Source: Octopus bimaculoides (Eukaryota). From it: 64,000 nt of DNA. Location of the stretch: contig NC_068985.1 of the NCBI RefSeq assembly GCF_001194135.2, positions 122,330,096 through 122,394,095 of the forward strand, read 5' to 3'. The first letter of the stretch is position 1. Each line of letters starts with the position of its first letter. A model generated the notes under the pieces. It saw only the letters and a list, made by a program, of their open reading frames with translations, was not told where the DNA came from and ran no database searches. The translations under genes were made by a program, and so were the position numbers. Shown one piece after another: positions 25,239 through 39,956 of the stretch.

Positions 25239-26228
25239 AAAAACATATTTGCTAACAAAGAAGTAGCTATTAAAATGAATAATTTTTTTACATACCTTTT
25301 TTAAATCACTGTTGCACCAATAAAATTCCTTATACACATACATACACACACACACACTGCAATATTCATTTGCAGAGAGTGAGAGAGAGTGTAGTAAATA
25401 GTGAGAGCGAGAGAGAGTGTAGTAAAAAGGAAAAAAGTTTACATTGAGAAAAGTGAAAAGAGAGAGAAAGAGAGAGATCTTTTCAGTTGCTGTAACATAT
25501 TTTGAAATTTAAGAATTAAGTGAAAATTTNNNNNNNNNNAATGATTTGTTTATAGTGATCAAATGTATGTGTTGTACATTAGCTCACTCCCTCCATCAAA
25601 TCGACATTGTTTGAACAAGTGCATGGTGTACCATATGTCAGGTGTTGAAGTATTGTAGAGCAACATGAGATGAAGTGTTTTTCTCAAGAGCACAATGCAC
25701 CACCAAGTCAAGGAATTAAAACCACAATCTTTCAAATGTGAGTGCAACACCCTAACCACTAGACCACACACTCTACCATTAAAACATTACGTGAAAAGGT
25801 ATGAGAGGTGAATATATATATTTATTTAGCCACTTGTCTTCTATAGGGTTACAGCTGTTTCATAACCTTCATGTAGTATTAATTCCAGAATGGAAGAAAT
25901 CATGCATACATGTTTGCATTAACATATATGCTCAGTATATAGCTTTCCTTATTTACATTAAATTGTGTGTGTATATATATATATTTTTATCCTTTTACTT
26001 GTTCTAGTCATTTGACTGCAGCCATGCTGCAGTACCGCCTTAAAGGGATTTTTAGTTGAAGAAATCAACCCCAGGACTTATTCTTTGTAAACCTAGTACT
26101 TATTCTATTGGTCTCTTTTGCCAAACAGCTAAGTTATGGGGATGTAAACATACCAACATCAGTTATCAANNNNNNNNNNCAATGGTTTGGTGACAAACAT
26201 AGAGAAAAAGACACACTCACACACACAC

Positions 26229-26280
<52 letters not shown>

Positions 26281-26329
26281 ATATGATGGGCTTCTTTCAG
26301 TTTCTGTCTACCAAATCCACTAGGAAGCT

Positions 26330-27948
26330 TTTATTTGTATGCATATTGAGTTGCATGCTTCGGATATGTTGTTGCATTGGTTCTCCACTCTTTTCACAAT
26401 CTCTTATTCACATGAGGTGTAGATATTACCCTGGGAGTGATGGTACCTAACTGCTTCGTCTTCGGTGTCCCTGTCGATTGCACAGAATTCTCCCCCTTTG
26501 TTCGATGGCAAGGTATGCATAAATTTTTATTTTTGTTTTTTAAAGAGTCAAGTGTGGTTATCTTAGGTGTAAGGTTAGCAGACATCATGGTTCTCAGGAG
26601 GCCCTGACATAGTCTTTCAACTTTGTTCTTGAAATAGTCCTCTGTGGTTGGTGATTTACTGAACTCTTCTTCAAATGGGTAAAGTTTAATATTTCTGAGA
26701 TGGTCGTCTGTGCCCCGAGTAGTGTTGTCATTCTACTACAGCAAAAACAGCAACAGCATCAACAATGACAGCCTGGATAACAACAACATCAACAGCAGAG
26801 GAAGAAAGAAACAGAAGAGTAAACACTGGGTCTATGTTAATCTACCATACTACAGAGAGATGGTGGAGAACAAGCTAAAAAACTGCATCAAGAGACCTAG
26901 TGTCTCCTTCAGATTTATGAGGTAGGGCCACACACTAAGGCACTACCTCTCACACACCAATAACATATCAGATGCTTTCTACCTAAACCAATATCCGATC
27001 AGAGCAATGTACAGCATCCGGTTGCATTTTAATTCCAACATGGTGTACCAAATGACATGCTCTTGCAGAATGACATGCATATTATCAGCTAGAAGACAAC
27101 TTTACTTTAGATTTAAACTTTACCAACACCACCAAGACTGCAGTGGGGATCTCCCCACCCGGATGCTGGTGGGGGATACATGCAGTTAGCCTCAAGATCA
27201 GAGGTACACTTTATTAGGAAGAAGGCACCTTGCCTCAACTACTGTAATGCACTGGATGCATGGAAATATATCTACTGCTTCCAGGATCTTTAACTAGCAC
27301 CAGTGATAGCTATCATCATGAAAGAATGAAAAAAATAAGGATTAAGGATGTCTGGTGAAGAATCATTGTTTCGAAGGCACAAACAAGATAAGCTGTAACA
27401 CCCAGCAACAAGGCTCTCTACGGGTCACATCGTACTTAAGATAGACTCTGTCTGTCTGTCTATCCACCAACCTGCCTGCCTGCCTATCTATCTATTGACT
27501 TGTCCTTCTGTCGGTCTAGTTATTTATCTACCCATCTACCACCAACAAGACTTATCCTACAATGTTAGCTGGATTTGTCACTATCGGGGTATTATCTTAC
27601 CTGTTTGATATATTACTTGCTTAAAATTTTACCTGACAATGGTGTACTATATGTTATGATGTAATCTATGAATACATCAATAAAATTATACTGAAACAGC
27701 TGTCATAAATAATAAAAACTCCATTTGTTTTCTTTTTACACCTGTGTCACGCCTAGAACCAACCTCAGAGTTGGATTTATGGGTTAAATTGGATTTAGTA
27801 CTTATATATCTACAGTATCCAACCAACACTTGATACTTTCATTGTTGTTTACCTCACTGTGAATCCTATGTTATTGTATCTAGCCATTACTGGCATCCTA
27901 TGTGTTGATGTGCCTAGATTCTATTGAATCCTATAACTAATTAATATA

Positions 27949-28006
<58 letters not shown>

Positions 28007-28270
28007 TTTACATCTTAGAAATTTTTTAAAAAATTAATAATACCGTCTCCAAGAACATTAATGGTGGTCTGTATCAGCCAAATTTGTTTTTAGCAAAGTT
28101 TGTAAATTTTAATAATATTGTGTACTGTTAGTAGATGAGAATGGTGATGCTTTGAGCAAAGCTCTTTCTCAGAAGAAGAATACATTTTTAAATATCACTG
28201 ACAGGATAGGTTTTTTTAAAAAAGGTTCTAACCTCTGATGAAGGGTTTTACTTGAAATATCAAAGTTCAC
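26330..28270 (+). mobile_element. Highly degenerate Penelope-like element (RT remnant, GIY-YIG remnant, pLTR-like tail)
   Basis: CCCIGSPL (GxxMGSPL-like), RYA*IF (RYxDD-like), YVNLPYY, and NMVYQMTCSCRMTCILSARRQLYFRFKLYQH (resembles VY..TC.C...YIG.T.R.L..R..EH); hammerhead-like core at 28235-28261. Confidence 0.5.
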
Positions 28271-28451
28271 ATCTCCCCACGGGGTACAAAGATTAAATAA
28301 ATTTACAAACTTTTATAGAAATAATTGACTGATTCAACCTCGTACTGAACTCAATCATGTTACTGAGTTACAGTTTAGAAAAAAATAAAAAACACAAATC
28401 AAACAAAATCAATACAAGCTTTAATAAACTCTAATCATTTCCAGATTAGAT

Positions 28452-28457
28452 TTTATT
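28452..28457 (-). terminator. Candidate polyadenylation signal of beta-tubulin
   Basis: AATAAA on the minus strand about 320 nt past the stop, followed by a T/GT-rich tract (28380-28420). Alternative AATAAA at 28479, 28588 and 28653. Confidence 0.45.
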
Positions 28458-28779
28458 AAAACAGAAATATTGAATAAATTTATTTTTCTATATATTTAGA
28501 ATTGTCATGGCTTCCAGCAAATCTTCCTTTGCTTACATTTCATTCATATTTCATCATTAAATATAACAATGATACATTTAGATAATATTTATTTGAAAAG
28601 AATACAGACCAAATGACAAGTAAAATATGACCAAAGTCTGACATATTTGAGATTTATTGATATTACATCACATACATCTTTGCAACACCAAGAAATTTCA
28701 GGATTAGTATTGGAAGCATTTTCATATAGAAACAAGAAACATTTCACATCAAACATAGTTTAGGATTATAGAATGACAT

Positions 28780-29622
<843 letters not shown>

Positions 29623-29916
29623 TTAGACATTTAAAAAAGAAAATATAAGGAAAAAAATAAACGATTTTAAAATTTTCTTTTAGATATTAATATGAGTTGA
29701 GAAGTTATTTAAATTTTTACATGTTGGATGTGCATCTCACCTCAAATTTCTTTTCTTACTGTTTATTATACAATTTCATATTCCAGCATAGACATGACTG
29801 TGTGGTTTAAGAAATTTGTTTCTCAACAACCTGACCTTGGGTTCAGTCCTACAGCACTAGCCCTGTCTGACAAATCTCTTGCAAAGGAATTTGGTAGATG
29901 AAAATTGAAGGAAGCC

Positions 29917-29969
<53 letters not shown>

Positions 29970-30795
29970 TCACAAAAACAACAGTTGTTATATTTGAAAA
30001 CTAATCAACAGGCAAAATGGTCAAGAGGACAATATTTTGTGATACAACTTCACAGATCTTTTGCTCAATCCAGTGAAGGTTCTTAATTTGTATTTCTGAG
30101 CAAGAAACTTTATCATATATTGTAGCAATTGATAAAAAAAATGGAGGACCAGGGTGGGGGGAATGAGAAGGAAATGTCCATTCTTCTAATGAAACAGAGA
30201 TAATCTTGATTTATGTGTTGATATGGTAGGAAGCTGCAAATAAAGATGTCAATTTATCCTCAGACTAGAAACCTGGTCCAAATGTCTGTAACAGATTGAC
30301 CTTTGCTAATAAGAACACGAAGGCCAAGAGGTGGGGTTAAAACATGCTGTGGATTGAGTATACCACCCAACAACAGATACAGGTCAGCCTGTAGAGTTTT
30401 ACAGAATTTTAGTTTTGTTTACCCAACTTAACTTACAAAGCTTAGGTCTACATGAAGTTATGGTAGAAGACACTTGCTGAAAAGTGCCACATACATCATC
30501 AATCTGGAACAAATACATACTAGATGTTATTCTTGTTGATGATATAGACAAAGAGAATATTAGCTCTCATATATGTAAAGGTTAAAAACTGGAGGTGTTC
30601 ATTATAACTGACAAATGCTTGGGTTGAAGACACCCGCACAAGATACTGCACAGTTCACCAAACGTAAAAAATATGTACTAGACACCTTGAGAAAATTATC
30701 TCTTGTATATATGCAAACCTTAAAAGGGGATGGTCATTTGCACTTAAAATATCTTAAGAAACTTAAGAAAAATTTTAGGAAAAAAGTGAAAATTA

Positions 30796-31350
<555 letters not shown>

Positions 31351-32236
31351 CTATCTCCCTCTTGTTATCTATCATATCCTTACAACTTTTTTCTGTGCTG
31401 GTGTCGTGATAAAATGCACCCACCCTGTGCAAAGTGGCTATCAGGAAGAGCATCCTGTCACAGAAACCAAAACAAAAATTAAACTTAGGGAGTGTAATGT
31501 AGTCCCTTGACTTGTCTCTATAATATAACAAAAACAAATACAGACACACACATGCACACATGCACACAAACACACACATGTACACATGCACAAAAACACA
31601 CACATGCACACGACCACACAAATGTCTATATATACATATCCCTACTTTCTGACCTATCTCTTATTATACTGCTGTTTACCACCCTTCCATTACTGCCACA
31701 GGTCTCCTTGATAAACCACTCTTATATCAACACTCCCTGCTCTATCAGTCACTCCCCTCTCAGTCTCTTACACAGCCACCCTTCCAGATCCTTTGTCTGC
31801 ATTCCCTCTTATACTCACTTTCCTATTCGATGAGTGTATGCTGTGAAACCCCTGTCACCAGCTTGTCATCCTTCCAGCTACTCCCTCCTTATATAATGTG
31901 GTTGGGGGAACCATGTATCTCTCCTTTAACCTCTCACCACCTGGCATTAAGCCACTTCCCTCCCTGCTACAACCCTACTCACTGAAGGGGGAATTTTTTT
32001 GTCTTGGGAGTAACTTGGCCTCCATACTAGTGCTGGTGTTTTTAAACAAGTACCCAGTATACTCTGTAAAGTAGTTGGCATAGGGAAGGACATCCAACCA
32101 TATAAACCACACCTAAGCAGATACTGGAGCTCAACGCTGAGCTTCAGTTCATTGGACCCTGTCAAACAGCATGGAAGATGGATGTGGAACGGTGATGATG
32201 ATGACATACATGCTTGTATGCATACAAACATACATA

Positions 32237-32869
32237 TAAGGTATGTTCAAAAAGTATCCAATTTTATTTTTTCCCTATCAAACCTAATGCTTTGTGGGCA
32301 AAATCATTTGGGTGGGAGGTGAAGCCACCCTCCCTGCACATGTGAGAAAATGTTTGCTCCTGGTAGGTGTCTAGAGTACAGATGTGTAGTGTGCACACAT
32401 TGGATTTTCGTTTTCACACAAGATGACCGAATGCACCAAGCAGTTACCGTAAGCCTATGTCTCATCATCAGTGATAATGGTCTTCATGAGGCCTGGGTCA
32501 TGGCTTGCACAGTCCAGCATGTCCTGAGCAATTTCTATGCAGATGTGCTTCTACTTCTCTGCCAACACCTTGGGGACAAATTTTGCCATTGCTCTCTGCA
32601 TGCACAAATCCTCCATTAAAATGGAATGCAATGATCCTGTGCTTATTCCCATTTCATGAGCAATTTCCTGGATTGTTACATGACTGTCTTCCATGACTCT
32701 TCACAGAAACATCTCAATCAACTCCTCAATTTGACTTCTGGATGGTCTGCCTGAGTGTGCCTTGATCTCCAGCGAGGTGGTGTCACCTCCTACCCAAAGG
32801 ACTTTGCCCATGCAACATTAGTTTTGGTAGGATAAAAAATAAAGTTGGATACTTTTTGAATGTACCTCA
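32237..32869 (-). mobile_element. Internally deleted mariner derivative in tubulin intron 2
   Basis: Inverted ends aggtatgttcaaaaagtatccaa / ttggatactttttgaatgtacct extending about 90 bp. Minus-strand translation SGRPS...EDSHVTIQEIAHEMGISTGSLHSILMEDL...IITDDET*AYG resembles the mariner HTH and the ITGDETWVY motif. Confidence 0.8.
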
Positions 32870-34681
32870 ACATAGGCACGCGCACGCGCAGACACACACA
32901 CACACACTATCTTTTTTTAAATTTTCATAAATCAAGTTCCCTCACAAGGCTTTGGTTAGACAAGCTACAGTAGAAGGCACTTGTTAAAAGTATCACACAG
33001 TGGGACTGAACCTGAAACTTAACAGTTTCTGAATCCATTATGCCATGCAATTCCAAATTCTTGCCAGAGTTAATACTGCTTTTTTGTTGTCTCTTCAGAT
33101 CCAAAGAAGGTATTTTGACTCATTATTTTCCTAAAATCCTAGTCTGTTGTTATGAACTAATGAGGTAGTATGCACCTGGTCACTCGACCAGTTAGAAACA
33201 GTAGGGACCATATTTAATGGCTTATGAGGCACACATTTTACACCCACCACTGAAAAATGTCTCAGAAAATCAACCAGTCTTATAAACACATAGTGGCAAT
33301 TTGGCAAGAGTTGTTAGAACATTGGTTAAAATACCTCACAGTATTTGTTCTAACTCCCAGTACTCTTGAGTTCAAATCCTACCAAGGTCAATCAGGGTTG
33401 ATTGATGAAAAAGTAACCAAGTACCAATCCAGGGTAATGGATTGGGAGAACTCCAAAAATATTGAACTGGATATCTTGCACAATTTGCATAAATATCCCT
33501 TTATGCAGTGTTTTTGAACCTCGGTCTAGATCTTCCATGGTTTCTTTTCCCTTTGCATAGTTGGGAGTAAAGGAATTGTCTGGGGAGCCTGCCATTGTCC
33601 ATCTTGTGTACATGTCCATCATAAGAAGCAAACCAGCATAGTGCAGGATCTTTTTATTATTCTGGAACTTGTCAAAGAAAGGGATATTCGCAATTTGTCA
33701 CAGCTGTCTCATCATATATGCATGCAACTTGTCTACTTGAGTGTTATAGACTGTTGGGGTCTCAGCTCCATACAACAAGGAAGAAAGCACTATAGCCTAG
33801 TATACATTGTATTTCACATGTATAGAAACATGCTTATTTTTTCACAGCCTTATGGAAAAAAAAACACTTAAATAATTTTTTTAATCCTTTAATTAGAAAG
33901 AAAGGTAGTACCCATGACCATTTACAGGACTTCTGACATTCGTAGAAGGAAGGATGGGAAGGAAGTAGGGAAGAAGGTATTCTCAGAATGGAGACTTGGT
34001 TCAAAAGCTCACAAGAGTGTGTACTCTATTAAAGGTATCTGAGATGCCAGGTATTGATGTTAAACTGAGTGGCAGATTAAAATCAACCATCCAAGTAAGC
34101 CATAGCAAGAGTTGAACTCTGAATGCAAAGAGCTGGAACAAATACCACAAGGTATTCGGTTTGATATTTTTACATTTTTACCAATACACTGATCTAGATT
34201 TGTATGTTTTTATTAACTCAAAAAGGATGAAAGCGAAAGTTGACCTCAATAAGACTTGAACTTGGAGCACAGAGAATCATCATCATCAACATCATCATCC
34301 TTTAACGTTCACTTTCCATGCTGGCATGGGTTGGACAGTTTGACCAGAGCTGCCAAGCCAGAGAACTGCACCAAGTTCCAGTCTGACTTGGCTTGGTTTC
34401 TATGGCTGGATGCCCTTCCTAATGCCAAAAGAACAAATAATATGAGGCATTCGATCAGAAACACTAATGACTCAGCTAATTTTACACATGCATGTGCGTG
34501 CATGCAACTGCACGCACACATGCACACACACTCACAAACATACATACACACACATATACTGTCTGAAAAATAAAGGATGGTCAAGGATGGAACTCTTTTC
34601 ATCACAAGTCTGCTTGGACAGGATTTTGACATAGGGCTTTGGACATAAGGATTTGGACACATAAAAGGTGCAGCAATATCA

Positions 34682-35798
34682 GAGGAAGGTTAACAGGGAA
34701 AATAGCTTTTGTATGTGGAAGATGCACAAGTATAATAAACACCGAAAATGTATAGAAAATAGACTCCATCAACTGCCAGTGGGGTAAGCTAGAGATAATA
34801 GATAGCTTCCGTTATCTAGGTGACCAAGTTAGTAGCGGAGGTGGATGCTCCGAGAGCATAGCTGTGAGAATAAGAATAGGCTGGGCAAAGTTCAGAGAGC
34901 TCCTACCTCTGCTGGCAATAAAGGGCTTCTCTCTCAGAGTGAAACGCAAATTGTATGATGCCTATGTGCAAGCAGCTATGCTACACTGCAGTGAAACATG
35001 GGCTGTGACAGCCGAGGACATGCGTAGGCTTGAAAGAAATGAAGCCAGTATGCTTCGCTGGATGTGCAACGTCAGTGTGCATGTTCGGCAGAGTGTAAGC
35101 ATCTTGAGAGAAAAGTTAAGCATAAGAGGCATTAGATGTGATGTGCAAGAGAGACAACTGTGCTGGTATGACGATGTGATGCATATGGGTGAGGACAGCT
35201 GTGTAAAGAAGTGCTGAACTCTAACTGTGGAGGGAACTTGTGGCAGAGGTAGACCCAGGAAAACATGGGATGCGGAAGCATGATCTTCAAACTTTGGGCC
35301 TCACAGAGACAATGACTAGTAACCGAGACCTTTGGCGATATGCTGTGCTTGAGAAGACCCGTCAAGTCAAGTGAAATCGTAGTTGTGGCTGATGCTAGTG
35401 TCATGTAACTGGCATCCGTGCCGGTATCACATAAAAAGCACCTTTTGAGAGTTGGGCCTCACGGAGGCAAAGTGACTGAGCTCCTTTCGAATGTTGGACT
35501 TCACGGAGGCAATGACCAACTCCTTTGACATTATGTCATGCATGAGAAGAAAACCCATGAAGCTGAGAAAAATCACAGTCTTGACAGATACTGGTGTCAT
35601 GCAAATGGCACCTGTGCTGGTGGCATGTAAAAGTACCCATTACACTCTTGGAGTGGTTGTCGTTAGGAAGGGCATCCAGCTGTAGAAACCATGCTAAATC
35701 AGACTGGAGTTTGGTGCAGCCTTCTAGCATGCCAGCCTTGGTCAAACCGTTCAACCCATGCTAGCATGGACAACGGAAGTTAAATGATGATGATGATG
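34682..35798 (+). mobile_element. RTE LINE 3' fragment with (GAT)n tail
   Basis: RIRIGWAKFRELLPLL..LYDAYVQAAMLHCSETW..LERNEASMLRWMCNV (RTE C-terminus); 3' UTR ends gttaaatgatgatgatga. Confidence 0.85.
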
Positions 35799-36413
35799 AA
35801 GGCTAATCAATACCAACGACTCTCTAGCTATTAAAGAGAGATTAATACACATCTATATATAGTTACAGCTACTCGACTGGTATAACCATACACACGAGCA
35901 CCAAAGTAATAAACACCACATAAGGAGATACAGAAGCGTATATTTTTTCATCAGTGTTCACAGACACCATTTATCTCCGACATGGCTTACCCCAAGGGCA
36001 ACAACTCATGTTCACCTTGTTGGGCTATACAACAAGGAAGATAATCCAATATCAAGAGTGCTGAGACCATTGAAAAAAATTTAAGATTCTGCAAGATCAA
36101 GTATCTTTTAATAAAATTTCATTAAAAATTGTACACATCATTTCGAAAATAATACGATATTATTTTTATATCAATAAATTCCCTAAACAATGTTTTTTAT
36201 CATTTCAGGATTTCTCAAAATTAGGGTGGTAGAGAGTGTTTCTAAATACGTACATCAATTCTACAATTGTTTTGTAAACACACACACACACACGTATATA
36301 TACACACATATATAAATACATACCTATACAGACATACACATATATATACTTATATATTCAGATACATATATGCACACACACATGCCTACATATATCTATA
36401 TATGCAAATATTG

Positions 36414-36472
<59 letters not shown>

Positions 36473-36966
36473 TTATACTCAGGTCTGTATGAGTTAGAGG
36501 TTAAACGACCATCTAAGGGATAATAAATATCCAATATACTACTGGATGTATACCTATACCTATGTATTTACATCCAAATGCTTACTGTTGTAGAGCAGTA
36601 GTGCAATTGAATAATAGGTATGAGTTGGGTTAAAGCAGAAATTTACCCAGAATTTATAAGGCAAAGAAGAAAATGGAGAAGATCATCAACCAGCAAACAT
36701 CAGCCTGAAAATATTCATTTGGATCTATTTATTAATTAATTACAATCATATGTGTATGTAAGTAAATAAACAAGTAATTCTATAATTGTATGATATCCTA
36801 TTACATAGCTGTTAGCTTCTAACTTTTAACCCCTGTGATATGGACCATTCCATTAACCCCACTTCACTGCATCTTACCCTTGCTACATCCCCCAGTAAAT
36901 TGAAATAAGTGACTTTTTTTTACCATAAGATGTAATCTCATAACCTATGGATATTTTTTACTATTC

Positions 36967-37001
<35 letters not shown>

Positions 37002-37004
<3 letters not shown>

Positions 37005-37330
37005 AGCAATCCGTTGGTTACGATGATGAGGGTCCCAGCTGATACAGTCAACGGAACAGCCTGCTCGTGAAACTAACGTGCAAGTGACTGAGCACTCCAC
37101 AGACACGTGTACCCCTAACGTAGTTCTCAGGGAGATTCAGCATGACACAGAGTGTGACAATGCTGACCCCTTGTAATACAGGTACTACTCATTTTTGCCA
37201 GCTGAGTGGACTGGAGCAACGTGAAATAAAGTGTCTTGCTCAAGACACTTTATTTTAACGTGTCGCCGGGAATTGAACTCACAACCTTACGATTGTGAGC
37301 TGAATGCCCTAACCACTAAGCCACGCACCT
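37002..37330 (-). mobile_element. tRNA-derived SINE in tubulin intron 2 (sense)
   Basis: Minus strand gtggcttagtgg (A box) and gagttcaattccc (B box); 3' half homologous to 6200-6360. Confidence 0.8.
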
Positions 37331-37886
37331 TCATGCAAATATATAGGTATATATAATATGAAGTTAAATAAATTACAAGGAAACAGTTATTATGTAATCA
37401 ACTTCATTTGCTTACAGCTGTTTCGACAATAGGATGAAATGCATTTAAAGCTGTGCATCACCTTATAGCTACTTTAGAGCTTCTAAAATGAAGTACAGTT
37501 TTATTCAAGGAAGCCTTTACATACATGGGAAAGATCATCATTATGACTAAGCAAAATCTTAATATATATGAGTGTGCATGCACACACATATACATAAACA
37601 TATATACCTACACACACACATGCAGATTTAGTAACAATGTATCATGTATGATATATTATATGCATGTGTATATACATCATTTTATGCAAATGCATGTGTA
37701 TATACATCGTTTTATGCAAAGTAAAAAAAAAAAAGAGACAAATCAAACATTAAATTTCAGGATCACTTAGTAAACAAAAATGTTTTGTTTTTTTTTACAA
37801 GGAAAAGGTTGACAGCTACAGTGAAGTTTCAGTTCAGTAATCACCAGCAAACTTCAAGGTAACTGTTAACCTTCTCCTTGTAAAAA

Positions 37887-37983
<97 letters not shown>

Positions 37984-38001
37984 CTGTGTCATTTGCATTA
38001 C

Positions 38002-38110
38002 CTGATGCTTCAGTAAAATAGACATTGATTCTCTCCAGCTGCAAATCATTATCACCATGGTAAGAGCCGGTGGGGTCGATGCCATGTTCATCGGAGATCA
38101 CTTCCCAAAA
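38002..38110 (-). CDS. TUBB: Beta-tubulin coding exon 2 (F20 to G56)
   Basis: ttacag acceptor, [37 protein letters not shown], gtaatg donor; 109 bp, the same size as the conserved vertebrate exon 2. Confidence 0.97.
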
Positions 38111-38449
38111 CTGTAAAAGAGAAAAATAATTAAATGAATTAAATGGATCAGTATAAATGATGATGATAATGGTTTCAAATTTTGGTACAAGGTCAGCAAT
38201 TTCAGGGGAGAGAGCAAGTTGATTACTTTGACTCCAGAGGTCAACTGGTACTTATTTTATTGGCCCTGAAAGGATGAAAGCTAAAGTCAACCTTGGTGGA
38301 ATTTGAACTCAGGATGTATAAACAGACAAAATGCTGCTGCAGTTTGTCCAGTGTGCTAATGACATATTGCAAACATTTACCGCAAAGCTAAACAGCAACA
38401 GCCAAAATAAATTGAACTGATATAGAGTACACAAGAAATAATAATAAAT

Positions 38450-38880
38450 GAGTATTGGGCCTGACGGAGGTAAAGTGGTTGAATTCCTTTCAACTATTGG
38501 GCCTTATGGAGGCAAGGTGGCTGAGTTGTTTTTGAGCGTTGGCCCCATGGAGGCAAAGTGACTGAGCTCCTATTGAGTGTTGGGCCTCACGGAGGCAATG
38601 ACCAAGACCTTTGGCATTATGCCATGCTTGAGAAGAGGACACATCAAGTTGTCATGTCAGATACTGGTATCATGAAAATAGCACCAGTGCCGGTGGCATG
38701 TAAAAGCACCCATTACACTCTCGGAGTGGCTGGCATTAGGAAGGGTATCCAGCCATAGAAAACCATGCCAAATCAGACTGGAGACTGGCACAGCCTTCCA
38801 ACATGCCAACGCAGTCAAACCGTCCAACCCATGCCAGCAAGGATAATGGACGTTAAATGATGATGATGATGATGATGATG
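38450..38880 (+). mobile_element. RTE 3'-UTR/tail fragment
   Basis: Homologous to 35390-35798 and ends in (GAT)n. Further short copies at about 11160-11320(-), 22680-22890, 24365-24570(-), 24900-25070, 31990-32210, 34270-34435(-) and 49200-49300. Confidence 0.8.
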
Positions 38881-38986
38881 ACTCTCTTTGGTACAAAGTT
38901 GAAAAACATAATTCAGTCAGTTGAACCCTGAATACATGAATGGAAGCCCTTAGTACATGAATGAGAGTCTTTAATACATATGTTTA

Positions 38987-39956
38987 NNNNNNNNNNNNNN
39001 NNNNNNNNNNNNNNNNNNNNNNNNNNNNNNNNNNNNNNNNNNNNNNNNNNNNNNNNNNNNNNNNNNNNNNNNNNNNNNNNNNNNNNNNNNNNNNNNNNNN
39101 NNNNNNNNNNNNNNNNNNNNNNNNNNNNNNNNNNNNNNNNNNNNNNNNNNNNNNNNNNNNNNNNNNNNNNNNNNNNNNNNNNNNNNNNNNNNNNNNNNNN
39201 NNNNNNNNNNNNNNNNNNNNNNNNNNNNNNNNNNNNNNNNNNNNNNNNNNNNNNNNNNNNNNNNNNNNNNNNNNNNNNNNNNNNNNNNNNNNNNNNNNNN
39301 NNNNNNNNNNNNNNNNNNNNNNNNNNNNNNNNNNNNNNNNNNNNNNNNNNNNNNNNNNNNNNNNNNNNNNNNNNNNNNNNNNNNNNNNNNNNNNNNNNNN
39401 NNNNNNNNNNNNNNNNNNNNNNNNNNNNNNNNNNNNNNNNNNNNNNNNNNNNNNNNNNNNNNNNNNNNNNNNNNNNNNNNNNNNNNNNNNNNNNNNNNNN
39501 NNNNNNNNNNNNNNNNNNNNNNNNNNNNNNNNNNNNNNNNNNNNNNNNNNNNNNNNNNNNNNNNNNNNNNNNNNNNNNNNNNNNNNNNNNNNNNNNNNNN
39601 NNNNNNNNNNNNNNNNNNNNNNNNNNNNNNNNNNNNNNNNNNNNNNNNNNNNNNNNNNNNNNNNNNNNNNNNNNNNNNNNNNNNNNNNNNNNNNNNNNNN
39701 NNNNNNNNNNNNNNNNNNNNNNNNNNNNNNNNNNNNNNNNNNNNNNNNNNNNNNNNNNNNNNNNNNNNNNNNNNNNNNNNNNNNNNNNNNNNNNNNNNNN
39801 NNNNNNNNNNNNNNNNNNNNNNNNNNNNNNNNNNNNNNNNNNNNNNNNNNNNNNNNNNNNNNNNNNNNNNNNNNNNNNNNNNNNNNNNNNNNNNNNNNNN
39901 NNNNNNNNNNNNNNNNNNNNNNNNNNNNNNNNNNNNNNNNNNNNNNNNNNNNNNNN
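38987..39956. other. Assembly gap (largest of several)
   Basis: N run. Other major gaps at 8909-9219, 17833-18126, 41189-41833, 46110-46724, 48981-49198, about 53345-53806, 55345-55540 and 62302-63126; most abut microsatellites. Confidence 0.99.

Noticed and set aside
35440-35520. Repeat-spacer-like pattern suggestive of CRISPR
   Set aside because: Eukaryotic context, only 2-4 degenerate units, the spacers are themselves repeated, and it lies within an RTE 3' UTR.
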